Source: Sphingobacteriales bacterium
Lineage (GTDB): Bacteria; Bacteroidota; Bacteroidia; Chitinophagales; JADIYW01
Direction of reading: 5' to 3'
NCBI GenBank assembly: GCA_947460245.1
Contig: CANHGL010000001.1
Location: forward strand, 200,437 to 264,436
Length of the DNA stretch: 64,000 bases
Shown here: positions 39,202 to 49,069 of the stretch, piece by piece
How the letters are laid out: each line of letters begins with the position of its first letter
Numbering within the stretch: the first letter of the stretch is position 1
Position numbers and translations under genes: made by a program
The notes under the pieces: model-generated
Database searches by the model: none
What the model was told of the DNA's origin: nothing
What the model saw: the letters and a program-made list of their open reading frames with translations, nothing else

Positions 39202-40572
39202 ATGCTAAAAGACCAATTCACAGATACTATAGTAGCCCTATCTACCCCACAGGGGGTAGGCGCCATCGGTGTTATTCGACTATCCGGCAAGGAGGCATTA
39301 TCTTTAGTAGGTGGGCATTTCAAGGGAAAAAACCTCCTGAAGCAGCCTTCCCATACGCTACACGTTGGAAAATTTATAGCCAAAGGAAAGCTTATAGATG
39401 AGGTGGTCGTTAGCCTTTTTCTGGCGCCCTCCTCCTATACCAAAGAAGATGTAGTGGAGATTTCCTGCCATGGATCTCCATTTATACAACAGAAAATCAT
39501 GGAAGCACTGCTCGATAGTGGGGCTCGGGGTGCCAAACCCGGAGAGTTTACCCTTCGTGCCTTTCTGAATGGGCGATTCGACCTCTCTCAGGCAGAAGCG
39601 GTTGCCGATCTAATTACCTCCGACAGTGAGGCATCACACCAAAGTGCACTGCAGCAGATGAAAGGTGGCTTTTCATTAGAGATAAAACAGCTGCGCGAGC
39701 AGCTTATACATTTTGCCTCTATGATAGAACTGGAGCTCGACTTCAGCGAAGAAGATGTAGAATTTGCAGACCGGGAGAAGCTACAATCCCTTATTAACGC
39801 CATACAGCTGGTGATTCAGAAACTTATTCATTCTTTTAAGCTGGGGAATGTTATCAAGCACGGCGTACAGGTGGCTATTGTGGGCAAACCCAATGCGGGA
39901 AAGTCGACCTTATTGAATGCTTTACTGAATGAGGAGCGCGCCATAGTTTCCGAAATTGCCGGCACTACGCGAGACACCATAGAAGAAACGCTAAACATTA
40001 ATGGCATTCTTTTTCGATTTATCGATACTGCAGGCATACGCAGCTCTTCTGATGTTATAGAATCTTTGGGTATTGAGAAGACAATGCAGAAGATACAAAC
40101 AGCATCCGTGGTGTTATATGTATTTGATGTTACTACAACAGATAAGGAAGCATTACAAGAAGCAATAGACAACTTACCGCATGAGCATTTGCTTTTAATT
40201 GGCAACAAAGCAGATTATTCTACAGCTGAAGCGCTGCAAAAGAAATTTGAAGGTATGCAGTCTATTCTTTTTATCTCTGCTAGGGAGCTGGGGAACATTG
40301 ACGAACTGAAGAATACACTATCCGGCATGGTGCTGGATAGCAGTGTACATACTGAATCTACAGTGGTTACCAATGTGCGACATTATGAAGCGTTGAAGGA
40401 CTGCAATACTGCACTCGAAAACGTATTGCATGCACTTGAAAAAGACATACCCGGCGACTTCCTCGCACAGGATATTCGCTATGCATTAAATGCACTTGGA
40501 GAAATTACCGGCGACATTACCACTGATGATTTGCTCGACAATATCTTTACCAAGTTTTGTATCGGAAAGTAA
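39202..40572 (+). CDS. mnmE: tRNA uridine-5-carboxymethylaminomethyl modification GTPase MnmE
   Basis: DTIVALSTPQGVGAIGVIRLSG N-terminus. G1 GKPNAGKSTLLN, G3 DTAGIR, G4 GNKAD. C-terminal FCIGK. Confidence 0.95.
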   Translation: MLKDQFTDTIVALSTPQGVGAIGVIRLSGKEALSLVGGHFKGKNLLKQPSHTLHVGKFIAKGKLIDEVVVSLFLAPSSYTKEDVVEISCHGSPFIQQKIMEALLDSGARGAKPGEFTLRAFLNGRFDLSQAEAVADLITSDSEASHQSALQQMKGGFSLEIKQLREQLIHFASMIELELDFSEEDVEFADREKLQSLINAIQLVIQKLIHSFKLGNVIKHGVQVAIVGKPNAGKSTLLNALLNEERAIVSEIAGTTRDTIEETLNINGILFRFIDTAGIRSSSDVIESLGIEKTMQKIQTASVVLYVFDVTTTDKEALQEAIDNLPHEHLLLIGNKADYSTAEALQKKFEGMQSILFISARELGNIDELKNTLSGMVLDSSVHTESTVVTNVRHYEALKDCNTALENVLHALEKDIPGDFLAQDIRYALNALGEITGDITTDDLLDNIFTKFCIGK

Positions 40573-40596
40573 TAAAACAAATCAAACAGAACACAA

Positions 40597-41424
40597 ATGA
40601 CAGGATTAGGAATATCTATTTTTTGGTTAGGATTAGCATTGATTGTTGGAGCTCTTGGAAGGCACAGAAATATTGGTTTCTTTTTCGCCTTTCTATGGGC
40701 CATATTACTTTCTCCAATAATTGGCTTAGCTATTACCTTATTTTCCGCAAAAAAGGTAGACCATGAATCTCAGAGGAGCAGTATACTAAATCAGCTGGAA
40801 CAACTCAGCAATCTCAAAGAAAAAGGTATTATCAGCGATACACAATTTGAGAGAGAGAAGATTAACCTGCTAGACCAATTCAATCATCCAGCTTCAGAGG
40901 GATACACTTCTAAAAGGAATCATTTTATGGGGTTGCTTCTGTTTTTTATAGTACTCATTGGTATTGTTTTTGGGGCAAGATATTACCTAGAGCAGAAGCA
41001 TAAAAAAGAAGACACTGAAACCCAGCAGCCAATAACTGAAGATATTGTTACGGATCAAACTACCGCAACAACAAGCGGATTTGGTTATATCTCCGGAAGA
41101 ATGTATTATCCAAGTGAAGGGATTCCAGATTTTATAAAACTGAAATTTGAAAATGTAAATACCGGCGAGATTATAGAACTTGACGGAGCAAATGTAGATG
41201 ATGATTATAATTATACCATAAAACTGCCAGTAGGTTCTTACTATGTTTTTGAAGATGGATTCCCTCCCGTTGTTACTGAAGATGAAAATACTTCAGCAGA
41301 AAGCGATAAGTCTTATTATACGTACTCCTGTGCTGGAGAAAGCGGCACTGGAAAAAAAATGGTACTTGTGAAACCCAATCAAACAAGCGGAAATATAATT
41401 CCATGTGGTGAAGGCTACGAATAA
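40597..41424 (+). CDS. membrane protein with SHOCT domain and C-terminal beta-sandwich-like domain
   Basis: Two N-terminal TM helices, a SHOCT-like LEQLSNLKEKGIISDTQFEREKINLL segment, a third TM helix, then GYISGRMYYPSEG...YNYTIKLPVGSYYVF (carboxypeptidase-regulatory-like). Confidence 0.55.
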   Translation: MTGLGISIFWLGLALIVGALGRHRNIGFFFAFLWAILLSPIIGLAITLFSAKKVDHESQRSSILNQLEQLSNLKEKGIISDTQFEREKINLLDQFNHPASEGYTSKRNHFMGLLLFFIVLIGIVFGARYYLEQKHKKEDTETQQPITEDIVTDQTTATTSGFGYISGRMYYPSEGIPDFIKLKFENVNTGEIIELDGANVDDDYNYTIKLPVGSYYVFEDGFPPVVTEDENTSAESDKSYYTYSCAGESGTGKKMVLVKPNQTSGNIIPCGEGYE

Positions 41425-41429
41425 AAAAA

Positions 41430-41452
41430 GCCCGTGGTTGTACACCACAGGC
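41430..41452. terminator. hairpin between convergent genes (possible bidirectional terminator)
   Basis: GCCCGTGG-ttgtaca-CCACAGGC is an 8-bp stem with one mismatch. It is preceded by an A-run and followed by an AT-rich tract, between the stops at 41424(+) and 41477(-). Confidence 0.4.
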
Positions 41453-41476
41453 CAAATAATAAAATGATATCTTGTA

Positions 41477-41851
41477 TTACATCGTATGGAAATTCACACT
41501 CTTAGTGCTGGTATTTCCGGTATGGTCTTCTGCACCTACGACTAACTTATATTGCGTGGCAGCATCCACCAATTCGAATATTTCATTAACACTTGCATTG
41601 GCATGTGTGTCTATGTCTGCATCCACAATAGTATCGCTGGTGGCTGTTTTGATAATAGCAAAACTATACCCGTGTAAATCTTCATCGGTTACTGTGAACG
41701 ATACTGTTACAGAATCACCGGCATTGAACATCTGATTCTCTGTTGGAGAAGCAATCGTAATTACCGGAGCAGTGGTGTCATTTTCTTTTTTAGTACAGGC
41801 AAAAGCAATAAGAAATGCAGCTGCCATTACGAGGATTGAATATTTTTTCAT
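41477..41851 (-). CDS. small lipoprotein, Ig-like/DUF4625-like
   Basis: Lipobox LIAFAC. APVITIASP...GDSVTVSFTVTDEDLHGYSF resembles short Ig-fold lipoproteins found next to OM transport genes. The family name is from memory only. Confidence 0.45.
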   Translation of the reverse strand: MKKYSILVMAAAFLIAFACTKKENDTTAPVITIASPTENQMFNAGDSVTVSFTVTDEDLHGYSFAIIKTATSDTIVDADIDTHANASVNEIFELVDAATQYKLVVGAEDHTGNTSTKSVNFHTM

Positions 41852-41877
41852 GATTGAACGTTTTTGATTTGTTGTAA

Positions 41878-42813
41878 TTAATGATTTATTGTAGTTAACT
41901 TATTTTTTCTTTTTATCTCATAACGAAGCGTGGCACTTACACCCGTCTTCTGTAAGATAGTTTTTTCGGAGGTATTCTGTGCTACTGGCTGAAATAAATT
42001 AGCCATAACAATAAACCCTCTGTATCCAACCTGGATGCCTATGTTTGCGCTGACCATCCAGGAACCTGACAGGGGTTGACGTATAGCATTCTTCAGATTC
42101 TTCTGTGCAATATCTGAGCGAACTCCGAGCATCGGGGTGATAGTGCATCCCTTAGTAAAATAATGCGTATAGTTTGCAGATAGCTGATAGGTATACAGAT
42201 GTCCATATCGTATACGGTCTTTATTATACATATTCAGTTTTACCAAAGCAGCATTCACCAACCCCCAGTTCTTAATACTCAGGCTGTACATTCCTGAACA
42301 ATAATATGCAACCGATTGTGTGCCAAAATTAAAGTCTTGCAACAGCTGATTACTAGAGGCTCTTTTGCTGCCTGTTGGAAAACTCATCCCGTATCCGAGA
42401 TAAAGAGCATGTCCGGCTTTCCTTTTGCCTGATCTCTGTGCCGCATAAACTCTGAAATTGGAAAACAACATCAGATCGCCCAAACCCATCTTTTTTTCGT
42501 GTAAATCAGGTGTATTCTGATCTTGCAAATGATAGTCGTTGAACATCCAGATAAGTGGCAAAGAAAGGCGTATATCTACCCATTTCTTCGGAGCATAGGA
42601 TATAAAATAAGATTGCGACAGCACCTGTGTGCGTTTCATATTGACATCCGAAGTCAGGTATTTAACATTCCGATACTGTGTTGAAACCCCAACAGTAGAT
42701 TGTGGTTGTAAAGATAATACATCCATATTCATTACTGCAGGAGAACAACTACATAAATCACAGGCATATGCTTTACTTATACAGCATAGCACTGCTAAAA
42801 TATATTTATACAT
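41878..42813 (-). CDS. outer-membrane beta-barrel protein with N-terminal CDLCSCS motif
   Basis: Signal peptide, then ACDLCSCS. Alternating aromatic/polar strands run through the rest and it ends in an aromatic-rich C-terminus. This resembles MetA-pathway/transporter-type barrels. Confidence 0.45.
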   Translation of the reverse strand: MYKYILAVLCCISKAYACDLCSCSPAVMNMDVLSLQPQSTVGVSTQYRNVKYLTSDVNMKRTQVLSQSYFISYAPKKWVDIRLSLPLIWMFNDYHLQDQNTPDLHEKKMGLGDLMLFSNFRVYAAQRSGKRKAGHALYLGYGMSFPTGSKRASSNQLLQDFNFGTQSVAYYCSGMYSLSIKNWGLVNAALVKLNMYNKDRIRYGHLYTYQLSANYTHYFTKGCTITPMLGVRSDIAQKNLKNAIRQPLSGSWMVSANIGIQVGYRGFIVMANLFQPVAQNTSEKTILQKTGVSATLRYEIKRKNKLTTINH

Positions 42814-42840
42814 TTTTTGATTTTTTAGGTAAATAATAAT

Positions 42841-43224
42841 TTAACCTAAAACGGATGGAGGTCTAAGGAGTGTATGCACATAACCCTCGGCTATGTCACT
42901 TGAATAAAGTGTATATTTTATCGGAACAGATAGTGTCTCTGTGTCTAATGACTGATGACTTATTTTCCCAAAAAAGAGTTCCACTTCTTTCCACTTTACA
43001 CTCGTAACAGAAAAAGGATTGCTGTTGTCTTGAGCTTCAGCATTTACCATTGTTTTCCCGAGGTGACACTTACCATGACAGCAGGAATTCTTGACTTGTT
43101 TGTTGACACAGTATCGTTCTGTGATGGCTTTTTCATTGAGTTTATACAGCAACAAAAAGGTAGTCTCCTGCATCGTAGTGAGCAAAAAAAACAGAGAGAA
43201 AACTACTGCGCTGAATACTTTCAT
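42841..43224 (-). CDS. small membrane-anchored Cys/His-motif protein
   Basis: 127 aa with one N-terminal TM or signal helix, then RYCVNKQVKNSCCHGKCHLGK. I recognise no family. Confidence 0.4.
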   Translation of the reverse strand: MKVFSAVVFSLFFLLTTMQETTFLLLYKLNEKAITERYCVNKQVKNSCCHGKCHLGKTMVNAEAQDNSNPFSVTSVKWKEVELFFGKISHQSLDTETLSVPIKYTLYSSDIAEGYVHTLLRPPSVLG

Positions 43225-43263
43225 TGGTTCCTATAGATTAGACGACAAAATAAAAGAAAACAT

Positions 43264-44523
43264 TTATCTATTCTCTATCGCACTATAAGGACGTAACGTA
43301 GCGCCGGTATAGATTTGACGCGGACGACCAATAGGCTCTTTGTTTTCCTTCATTTCTTTCCACTGCGCCACCCAGCCCGGTAGTCGGCCTAAAGCAAATA
43401 ACGGAGTGAACATTTCTGTCGGGAAGCCAATAGCATTATAGATAATTCCAGAGTAAAAGTCTACGTTGGGATATAATTTTCTGGATACAAAATAATCGTC
43501 ATGCAGTGCTGCTTTCTCCAGTTCCATGGCGATGGTTAGTTTTTTATCGGTTAAGCCTAAATCCGCCAGCACATCATCGCATGATTTTTTAAGGATCTTA
43601 GCACGTGGATCAAAATTCTTGTACACACGATGACCAAATCCCATCAAACGGAACCCTGAAGCTTTATCTTTCGCCATTGCCACAAACTTGGAAGTATCGC
43701 CTCCATCTTTCTCTATGGCCTCTAGTTGCTCTAACACAGCCTGGTTAGCACCACCATGAAGCGGACCCCATAATGCACTGATACCCCCGGTTACAGAGGC
43801 ATAAATATTAGCATTGGAAGAACCCACTAAACGTACTGCCGAAGTAGAACAATTTTGTTCATGATCTGCATGTAGAATTAACAATTTATCCATGGCATCT
43901 ACTACGGCAGTTGATGCAGTCTTGCCAAAAGCCATGTGTAAGAAGTTACTTACGTAGTCGAGGCTTTTATCATTCGGTATAAAATCCAGTCCTTGTGTAT
44001 TGCGCATCACCATAGCGGTAAGCACAGGGAATTTTGCCAGTATGTTGATGATGGTTTCTTCGCTTGCCTTCGCTGCATCTTTTGCATACACGCCGGAAAG
44101 TGCTACCGTTACGGCAGCCAGCTGTGCCATGGGATGTGTTCCTTTTGGCATGGCCTTAAGAATAGCGCTTACTTCAGCAGGTACGTCTGAATGGGCTTTC
44201 AATTTATCATTAAAATCCTCCAGTTGCGCCTTGGTAGGTAATTCCCCATACAGCAATAAATAGGCTACTTCTGTAAACTTAGATTGCTCTGCAAGTTCAG
44301 CAATATCGTATCCGCGATAACGCAGAATACCTTCTTCTCCATCCAAAAACGTAATAGCGCTTTTAGTAGCTCCGGTATTTTTATATCCGAAGTCTAAAGT
44401 CACCAATCCTGTATCATCTCTCAGGTTGGAAATATCCATACCCGGTTCATTTTCAGTACCAATAATTACCGGACATTCCGATGATTTTCCGTTGTACGAT
44501 ACGATAATTTTATCTTCAGCCAT
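43264..44523 (-). CDS. gltA: citrate synthase
   Basis: GFGHRVYKNFDPRA, HADHEQNCSTS, GPLHGGAN. Confidence 0.95.
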   Translation of the reverse strand: MAEDKIIVSYNGKSSECPVIIGTENEPGMDISNLRDDTGLVTLDFGYKNTGATKSAITFLDGEEGILRYRGYDIAELAEQSKFTEVAYLLLYGELPTKAQLEDFNDKLKAHSDVPAEVSAILKAMPKGTHPMAQLAAVTVALSGVYAKDAAKASEETIINILAKFPVLTAMVMRNTQGLDFIPNDKSLDYVSNFLHMAFGKTASTAVVDAMDKLLILHADHEQNCSTSAVRLVGSSNANIYASVTGGISALWGPLHGGANQAVLEQLEAIEKDGGDTSKFVAMAKDKASGFRLMGFGHRVYKNFDPRAKILKKSCDDVLADLGLTDKKLTIAMELEKAALHDDYFVSRKLYPNVDFYSGIIYNAIGFPTEMFTPLFALGRLPGWVAQWKEMKENKEPIGRPRQIYTGATLRPYSAIENR

Positions 44524-44616
44524 AGTTGTAAATGAGGTTATAAAAATACAAAAAGATTGATGTAAATAAAGATTAAGATATTATTATAAGGAGAGAAGAT
44601 GGATAGGTTTAGCATT

Positions 44617-45555
44617 TTACCGAGTTTGCAGCTCATTATGAACCACTATTTGCCTTACAGGCATATACCTCGGCACTAGACCAGCCCTCAGTAATATCTT
44701 GGAAGCCTTTACCCTGCACAAGAAGTTAGAGAAGCCTTTGCCTACCAACTCTGGATTTCTACCCAAGACCAGATTGACAGGACATTGTAGGGGATAGGAA
44801 AAATCATAGATACTCTGTTGGGATGGAAGGTAAGCTGTACCACCTTGACTCACTTTCAACACCTTCAAGGAAGACAGTAACTTCGCAGTTTCCGTATTGT
44901 CTTCGCTGATCTTGTTATAAGGAATGAAGCCAATGCTGTTCGGATTGCGTTTTACATATTCTATGACTGCGGTCGTATTTTTCACCACCAATGCATTTTT
45001 GAAACTTGCGGCAGCGATGGACGCTTTATTAGCAATAAAACTTGGTATACCCGACTGCTCATTATCGAATATAAGACGTACTGTGCTATTTGCTTTTAGG
45101 TAATTTTTAATAGCCCCCACGTCTATTGCAGAATCTTTAAAAGAGACATTCGCAATAACAGCTACGGCAGTGTAAGCAAAGATATTTTCTGTAATCTCTA
45201 TTTTCTGATGCTGTTGGCTGCTTTCTTTTTCTTTCGCTGTTAATGCCCTGCAGACGATCATAGAAGTTATCTCTCCATTTATAAAGTTACTGATGATTTT
45301 ATCCTGTGGTTGAAATCTTAGCTGCACATCTGCATTAGTATTTTCATGCTCATAGATTTGCTTCAACTGTCCCAAGATATCACTAACACTCTCATCTGTA
45401 GCGATAGTGATAGTACCGCTATTCCAGTCGTTATAAACCGTATCTTTTTTTTTCATTTGACATGCACCAAAAAGAAAAAGGATAGGAATACTGCTTATCA
45501 GCAGGATACGAAATTTTCGATTACTGTACGTTGCTCTGTTTTTATTGAATAGCAT
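44617..45555 (-). CDS. PstS-like periplasmic substrate-binding lipoprotein (PBP type 2)
   Basis: Lipobox LFLFGAC after ATG 45555. A PBP-like fold is suggested by GTITIATDES...IGFIPYN...LVLGRNP. The ligand is not determinable. Confidence 0.5.
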   Translation of the reverse strand: MLFNKNRATYSNRKFRILLISSIPILFLFGACQMKKKDTVYNDWNSGTITIATDESVSDILGQLKQIYEHENTNADVQLRFQPQDKIISNFINGEITSMIVCRALTAKEKESSQQHQKIEITENIFAYTAVAVIANVSFKDSAIDVGAIKNYLKANSTVRLIFDNEQSGIPSFIANKASIAAASFKNALVVKNTTAVIEYVKRNPNSIGFIPYNKISEDNTETAKLLSSLKVLKVSQGGTAYLPSQQSIYDFSYPLQCPVNLVLGRNPELVGKGFSNFLCRVKASKILLRAGLVPRYMPVRQIVVHNELQTR

Positions 45556-45784
45556 CTTGTTCTTCTTTAAACATGGCATAGGCTCTGTACGCTCTGAATA
45601 AGCCATATATTAGAATTACTCCACCAAATGCAAAGCTCATTTCTTTACTCAGAAATGTTAGCACTTCTGGATGCAGAAAAAGAAATAAGGCTAATAGACA
45701 GTATCCCACTGCTATTGCCATACGTAAAATAAAACCTGAATTTTTAAAGTATTCCATAGTATAAAAATAAATAATCTGCTTCAT
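45542..45784 (-). CDS. small two-TM membrane protein
   Basis: 80 aa with two hydrophobic helices. It is co-directional with, and overlaps, the downstream lipoprotein gene. Confidence 0.4.
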   Translation of the reverse strand: MKQIIYFYTMEYFKNSGFILRMAIAVGYCLLALFLFLHPEVLTFLSKEMSFAFGGVILIYGLFRAYRAYAMFKEEQDAIQ

Positions 45785-45809
45785 CTTTTCTCAGAATTCA
45801 AACACCCAT

Positions 45810-45841
45810 AAAATAAAAATCCTCACGCAAGGTGAGGATTC
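45810..45841 (-). terminator. rho-independent terminator after tonB
   Basis: AATCCTCAC-gcaag-GTGAGGATT perfect 9-bp stem. On the minus strand it is followed by TTTTATTTTAT, 20 nt downstream of the tonB stop. Confidence 0.7.
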
Positions 45842-45860
45842 TATTCTTTTAATTGAACAT

Positions 45861-46670
45861 CTATTGGAGCTTAAAGGTAACAGGTAAGGTATAGTATACC
45901 TTAACAGTTTTTCCACGCTGTGATCCGGGAGTCCATTTTGGCATAGCCTTCACAACTCGCACTGCTTCATCTCCACAGCCTCCACCAACTCCATCTTTAA
46001 GAACGAGTGGATCACGAACGGTACCGTCTGTATCAATATAAAATTTCACAATTACTTTTCCTTCCAGTCCATTTTCACGAGCCAATGAAGGATAGCGTAT
46101 ATTCTTTTGCAAGAACTTCATAAGTTCTGGCACACCGCCAGGATATCCGGGCATTACTTCTGCCCTGTCAAAGATTTCAGGCTCTTTAGGTGCTTCAGGT
46201 GCTCCTGGGCCAGAACCTTTATCTTCTATAATAGCCTTGGCGTTTATATCCCCTTCCTGAGTACTGGAAGCAACTTGCGTTTCCTTAATTTCTTCTACCT
46301 TGGTTATAGGAATCTCTTCAGCCACCTTCTCATCTTCCTTAGCAATCATCTCCACAAACTTAATTGTTGGTCGCACAGGTGGTGGTGGTGGTGGTGGTGG
46401 TGGCGCCTCTACCGGTGGTGGTGGTGGCGGTAATTCCACGTCTGTCATTTCTAAAGAAATCTCTTTTTCTTTTTTATTAGAAGTTAGAAAAGAGAATATA
46501 TTGAACTGAGAAGAAAGGACAACGAATAAGAAAAACCCTATGGCAATTAATATACCTCTGAGTTTATTCCTTTCCACGAGCTTTCTTAACTCATAAGCAC
46601 CATAGGCCTTATTTCTCCCTTCGAAGATAATATCATCCCATGATGCATTGTTATAATTAGTGTTGTTCAT
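45861..46670 (-). CDS. tonB: energy transducer TonB
   Basis: N-terminal TM anchor, proline spacer PPPPPPVEAPPPPPPPPPVRP, and a C-terminal TonB_C domain (YPSLARENGLEGKVIVKFYIDTDGTV). Confidence 0.9.
   Translation of the reverse strand: MNNTNYNNASWDDIIFEGRNKAYGAYELRKLVERNKLRGILIAIGFFLFVVLSSQFNIFSFLTSNKKEKEISLEMTDVELPPPPPPVEAPPPPPPPPPVRPTIKFVEMIAKEDEKVAEEIPITKVEEIKETQVASSTQEGDINAKAIIEDKGSGPGAPEAPKEPEIFDRAEVMPGYPGGVPELMKFLQKNIRYPSLARENGLEGKVIVKFYIDTDGTVRDPLVLKDGVGGGCGDEAVRVVKAMPKWTPGSQRGKTVKVYYTLPVTFKLQ
46378..46430. repeat. (GGT)n trinucleotide tract (two runs) encoding the TonB proline spacer
   Basis: GGT x8 at 46378-46403 and GGT x4 plus GGCGG at 46414-46430. On the coding strand these are CCA/CCG proline codons. 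Confidence 0.9.
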
Positions 46671-46709
46671 TCCGTTTCTCGGTTTTAGTTTAACTAATAT
46701 CGGGCTTGT

Positions 46710-47291
46710 TTATTTTCCCGGTGCCGTTTCGGAGGTAGCAAATGATTTTACCTGACCTCCATTAGCGATAGCCTCTTTTTCAATATCAGAAAGATCCTGA
46801 ATAGCATAGATCTTTGTTTTGGTAATATCAATCTCATCCAAAATATCAACCATATTCTTATAGTTCGCATCATCGGAGAGTTTTACCAGAACAATAATCT
46901 GATTGTCTCCCTTTTCATCATCACCATGAATAGCCTTTACCTTTTTCTGTTTATCGAGAATAATTTGTCGTATTCCCTGAGCAGAGTAATCAGTAGTTTT
47001 TAAACCGGCAACATGCAAGCCTTCATAATACCAAACCTTATTGTCCTTATCGGCAATCAGATTTAAAACTTTAGACTCTTTTACATCTTGTTTTTCTTTC
47101 ACGTCTTTTTTAGGCATTGCCAAGTCCATGGCTACAGGCTTGGACAATGAAGTCGTTAACATGAAGAAGGATATTAACAAGAACGCCAAATCTACCATTG
47201 GGGTTAGATCGACGCGGGTGGACAATTTCTTAGAGCGTTTACCGCCTTTTTTACCATGCCCACCCCCTTGGGAGGTATCTATATCTGCCAT
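46710..47291 (-). CDS. exbD: ExbD/TolR family biopolymer transport protein
   Basis: Basic N-terminus, then VDLTPMVDLAFLLISFFM (ExbD TM signature) and a periplasmic domain. Confidence 0.85.
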   Translation of the reverse strand: MADIDTSQGGGHGKKGGKRSKKLSTRVDLTPMVDLAFLLISFFMLTTSLSKPVAMDLAMPKKDVKEKQDVKESKVLNLIADKDNKVWYYEGLHVAGLKTTDYSAQGIRQIILDKQKKVKAIHGDDEKGDNQIIVLVKLSDDANYKNMVDILDEIDITKTKIYAIQDLSDIEKEAIANGGQVKSFATSETAPGK

Positions 47292-47343
47292 AATATTCTT
47301 TTATTTAAGGAAACACCACACCGTGGCTGTTTCAATTAAAAAT

Positions 47344-47973
47344 TTAATCGTTATTGCCTTCCAAAGAGGTGATGATATTAAAGCTGTATACATCTTTTTC
47401 TTTCATCACTTCAATTACCCGCTGAACAGCTTTGATATTAGAAGTTTTATCTCCTTTTATGGCAAATTTTAATTTATTGATATCGTCATCTGCATAGGCA
47501 TAGCGTGCCGCCATAATCCATTCTCCTAATTGATTATCCGTTGAATCTTTTGGGATTCCCGGGAATTTATAATCCTGCAATTGTTCCGGTTTAATAGCTA
47601 CCATCTGGGGAATTGACTGTATAGGCACTCCAATCAGTTCTAAATTGCCAAACTGATTTTTCTGCTGTTGAGTCATTGCCGCAACATTTGGGTATTTGTC
47701 ACCGTACTTTGCAATGATCTTATCTAAAACCTCTATTCTTCGCTTAGGAATGGACATATTTAAATATGCATTACCTGCCTTGTCGACAGAGATGGTGATA
47801 ATATCTTCCTTTACCTTTTGTTCTGCACGAGAGGTAGGAATATCAATAGGTACTAATTGAGAAGGGCGGAATTTTGCCGTAAGAATGAAAAAAGTAAGCA
47901 ATAGAAAAGCCACATCACACATCGCGGTCATGTCTACTATAGTACTTTTACGAGGAACTTTTATTTTTGGCAT
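47344..47973 (-). CDS. exbD: ExbD/TolR family biopolymer transport protein
   Basis: VDMTAMCDVAFLLLTFFIL TM signature. It is the second ExbD paralogue in the operon. Confidence 0.85.
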   Translation of the reverse strand: MPKIKVPRKSTIVDMTAMCDVAFLLLTFFILTAKFRPSQLVPIDIPTSRAEQKVKEDIITISVDKAGNAYLNMSIPKRRIEVLDKIIAKYGDKYPNVAAMTQQQKNQFGNLELIGVPIQSIPQMVAIKPEQLQDYKFPGIPKDSTDNQLGEWIMAARYAYADDDINKLKFAIKGDKTSNIKAVQRVIEVMKEKDVYSFNIITSLEGNND

Positions 47974-47997
47974 TTTCCTAAATTTTTAATCTATGTA

Positions 47998-48810
47998 TTA
48001 ATGTTTCCTCGAAGCAAATGATTGAGATAAGCTGTAGCCTATTTCGTCAATTCCATAGGTTAACTTATCAATCTTACTAGTAAAGAGGTTGTACATAATA
48101 ATAGCAATAGCAGAGGTAAAAATACCTAATGCTGTATTGATCAAAGCTTCAGAGATACCAGAAGCCAAAGCAGCTGGATCCGGAGAGCCAGAAGTTGCCA
48201 AAGCAGCGAACGCTTTAATCATACCAATTACCGTTCCTAAAAGAGCGATTAAGGTACCTACAGAAGCAATAGTTGCTAAAATTGGCAAGTTTTGTTCTAA
48301 TGCAGGAAGTTCCAAAGCAGTAGATTCTTCTACTTCTTGTTGGATAGCCAATACTTTCTTCTCTCCTTCGAGTTCTGTATTTTTTTCCATTTCAGCATAT
48401 TTTAAAAGACCAGCTTGAACAACATTAGCTACAGCGCCCTTTTGTTTGTCGCATTCTGCCAATGCTCCGTTGATATCATTTCCTGCAAGTTTTGCTTTAA
48501 CACTACGAAGGAAGTTTTCCAGGTTACCTGTACCTGCAGCCTTACCAATGGTCAAATGTCTTTCGATAGAGAAAGTAATAACAACGATAAACATGGTCAT
48601 CAGGAAAGGAACGATTACACCACCTTTATAGATAATACCCATATAATCTCCAGGATTAGGTTCTTTCCTTAAAGAATCTTTAAAGTGAGACAGATTTCCG
48701 AAAACAAAGTGGAAGATTAATTCGGATACGATTAATGCCACTATCATTACTAAAAATGGAGGTACTGAAAATCCGCTTTTTGCGGTGTTTGTTTTTTGTC
48801 CTTGAGCCAT
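47998..48810 (-). CDS. exbB: MotA/TolQ/ExbB proton-channel protein
   Basis: Three TM helices and a C-terminal MotA_ExbB core (LPILATIASVGTLIALLGTVIGMI...ISEALINTALGI). ATG 48810 is preferred over TTG 48819. Confidence 0.9.
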   Translation of the reverse strand: MAQGQKTNTAKSGFSVPPFLVMIVALIVSELIFHFVFGNLSHFKDSLRKEPNPGDYMGIIYKGGVIVPFLMTMFIVVITFSIERHLTIGKAAGTGNLENFLRSVKAKLAGNDINGALAECDKQKGAVANVVQAGLLKYAEMEKNTELEGEKKVLAIQQEVEESTALELPALEQNLPILATIASVGTLIALLGTVIGMIKAFAALATSGSPDPAALASGISEALINTALGIFTSAIAIIMYNLFTSKIDKLTYGIDEIGYSLSQSFASRKH

Positions 48811-49069
48811 GATTGTCAATTTAAGTTTAAAATGATGTTGATTTTAGATGATTAAGGGGGTAAATTTATACTATTTTTTGGTTTATTCTATATTTTTTGA
48901 ACGAAAAATAGGTGAATTTATTGCCTTGGCAAAGACCTCGCTTTCTTATGTTCCAAGGGGTGATTGTAGTCACTCATTCCGATACCTGAGTTAAATTTTT
49001 ATAGATTTAAGTGTGGGTTGATTAAATAGTTAGTCTTCCCTTCCTTGGTATGGCTAAACTCGACATCTT

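Noticed and set aside
39588-40208. Antisense ORFs of 71 and 126 aa inside mnmE. Similar ORFs occur inside wzz (35608-35988), wza (36817-37044), the PKS genes, the carotenoid genes and gltA.
   Set aside because: All lie opposite strongly supported genes, have low-complexity or Cys/Ser/Leu-rich composition and contain no recognisable motifs.
46107-46509. Plus-strand ORFs containing WWWWWWWW and GGGGGGGGG runs.
   Set aside because: This is the antisense or off-frame reading of the (GGT)n tract that encodes the TonB poly-proline spacer. It is not a real Trp- or Gly-rich protein.
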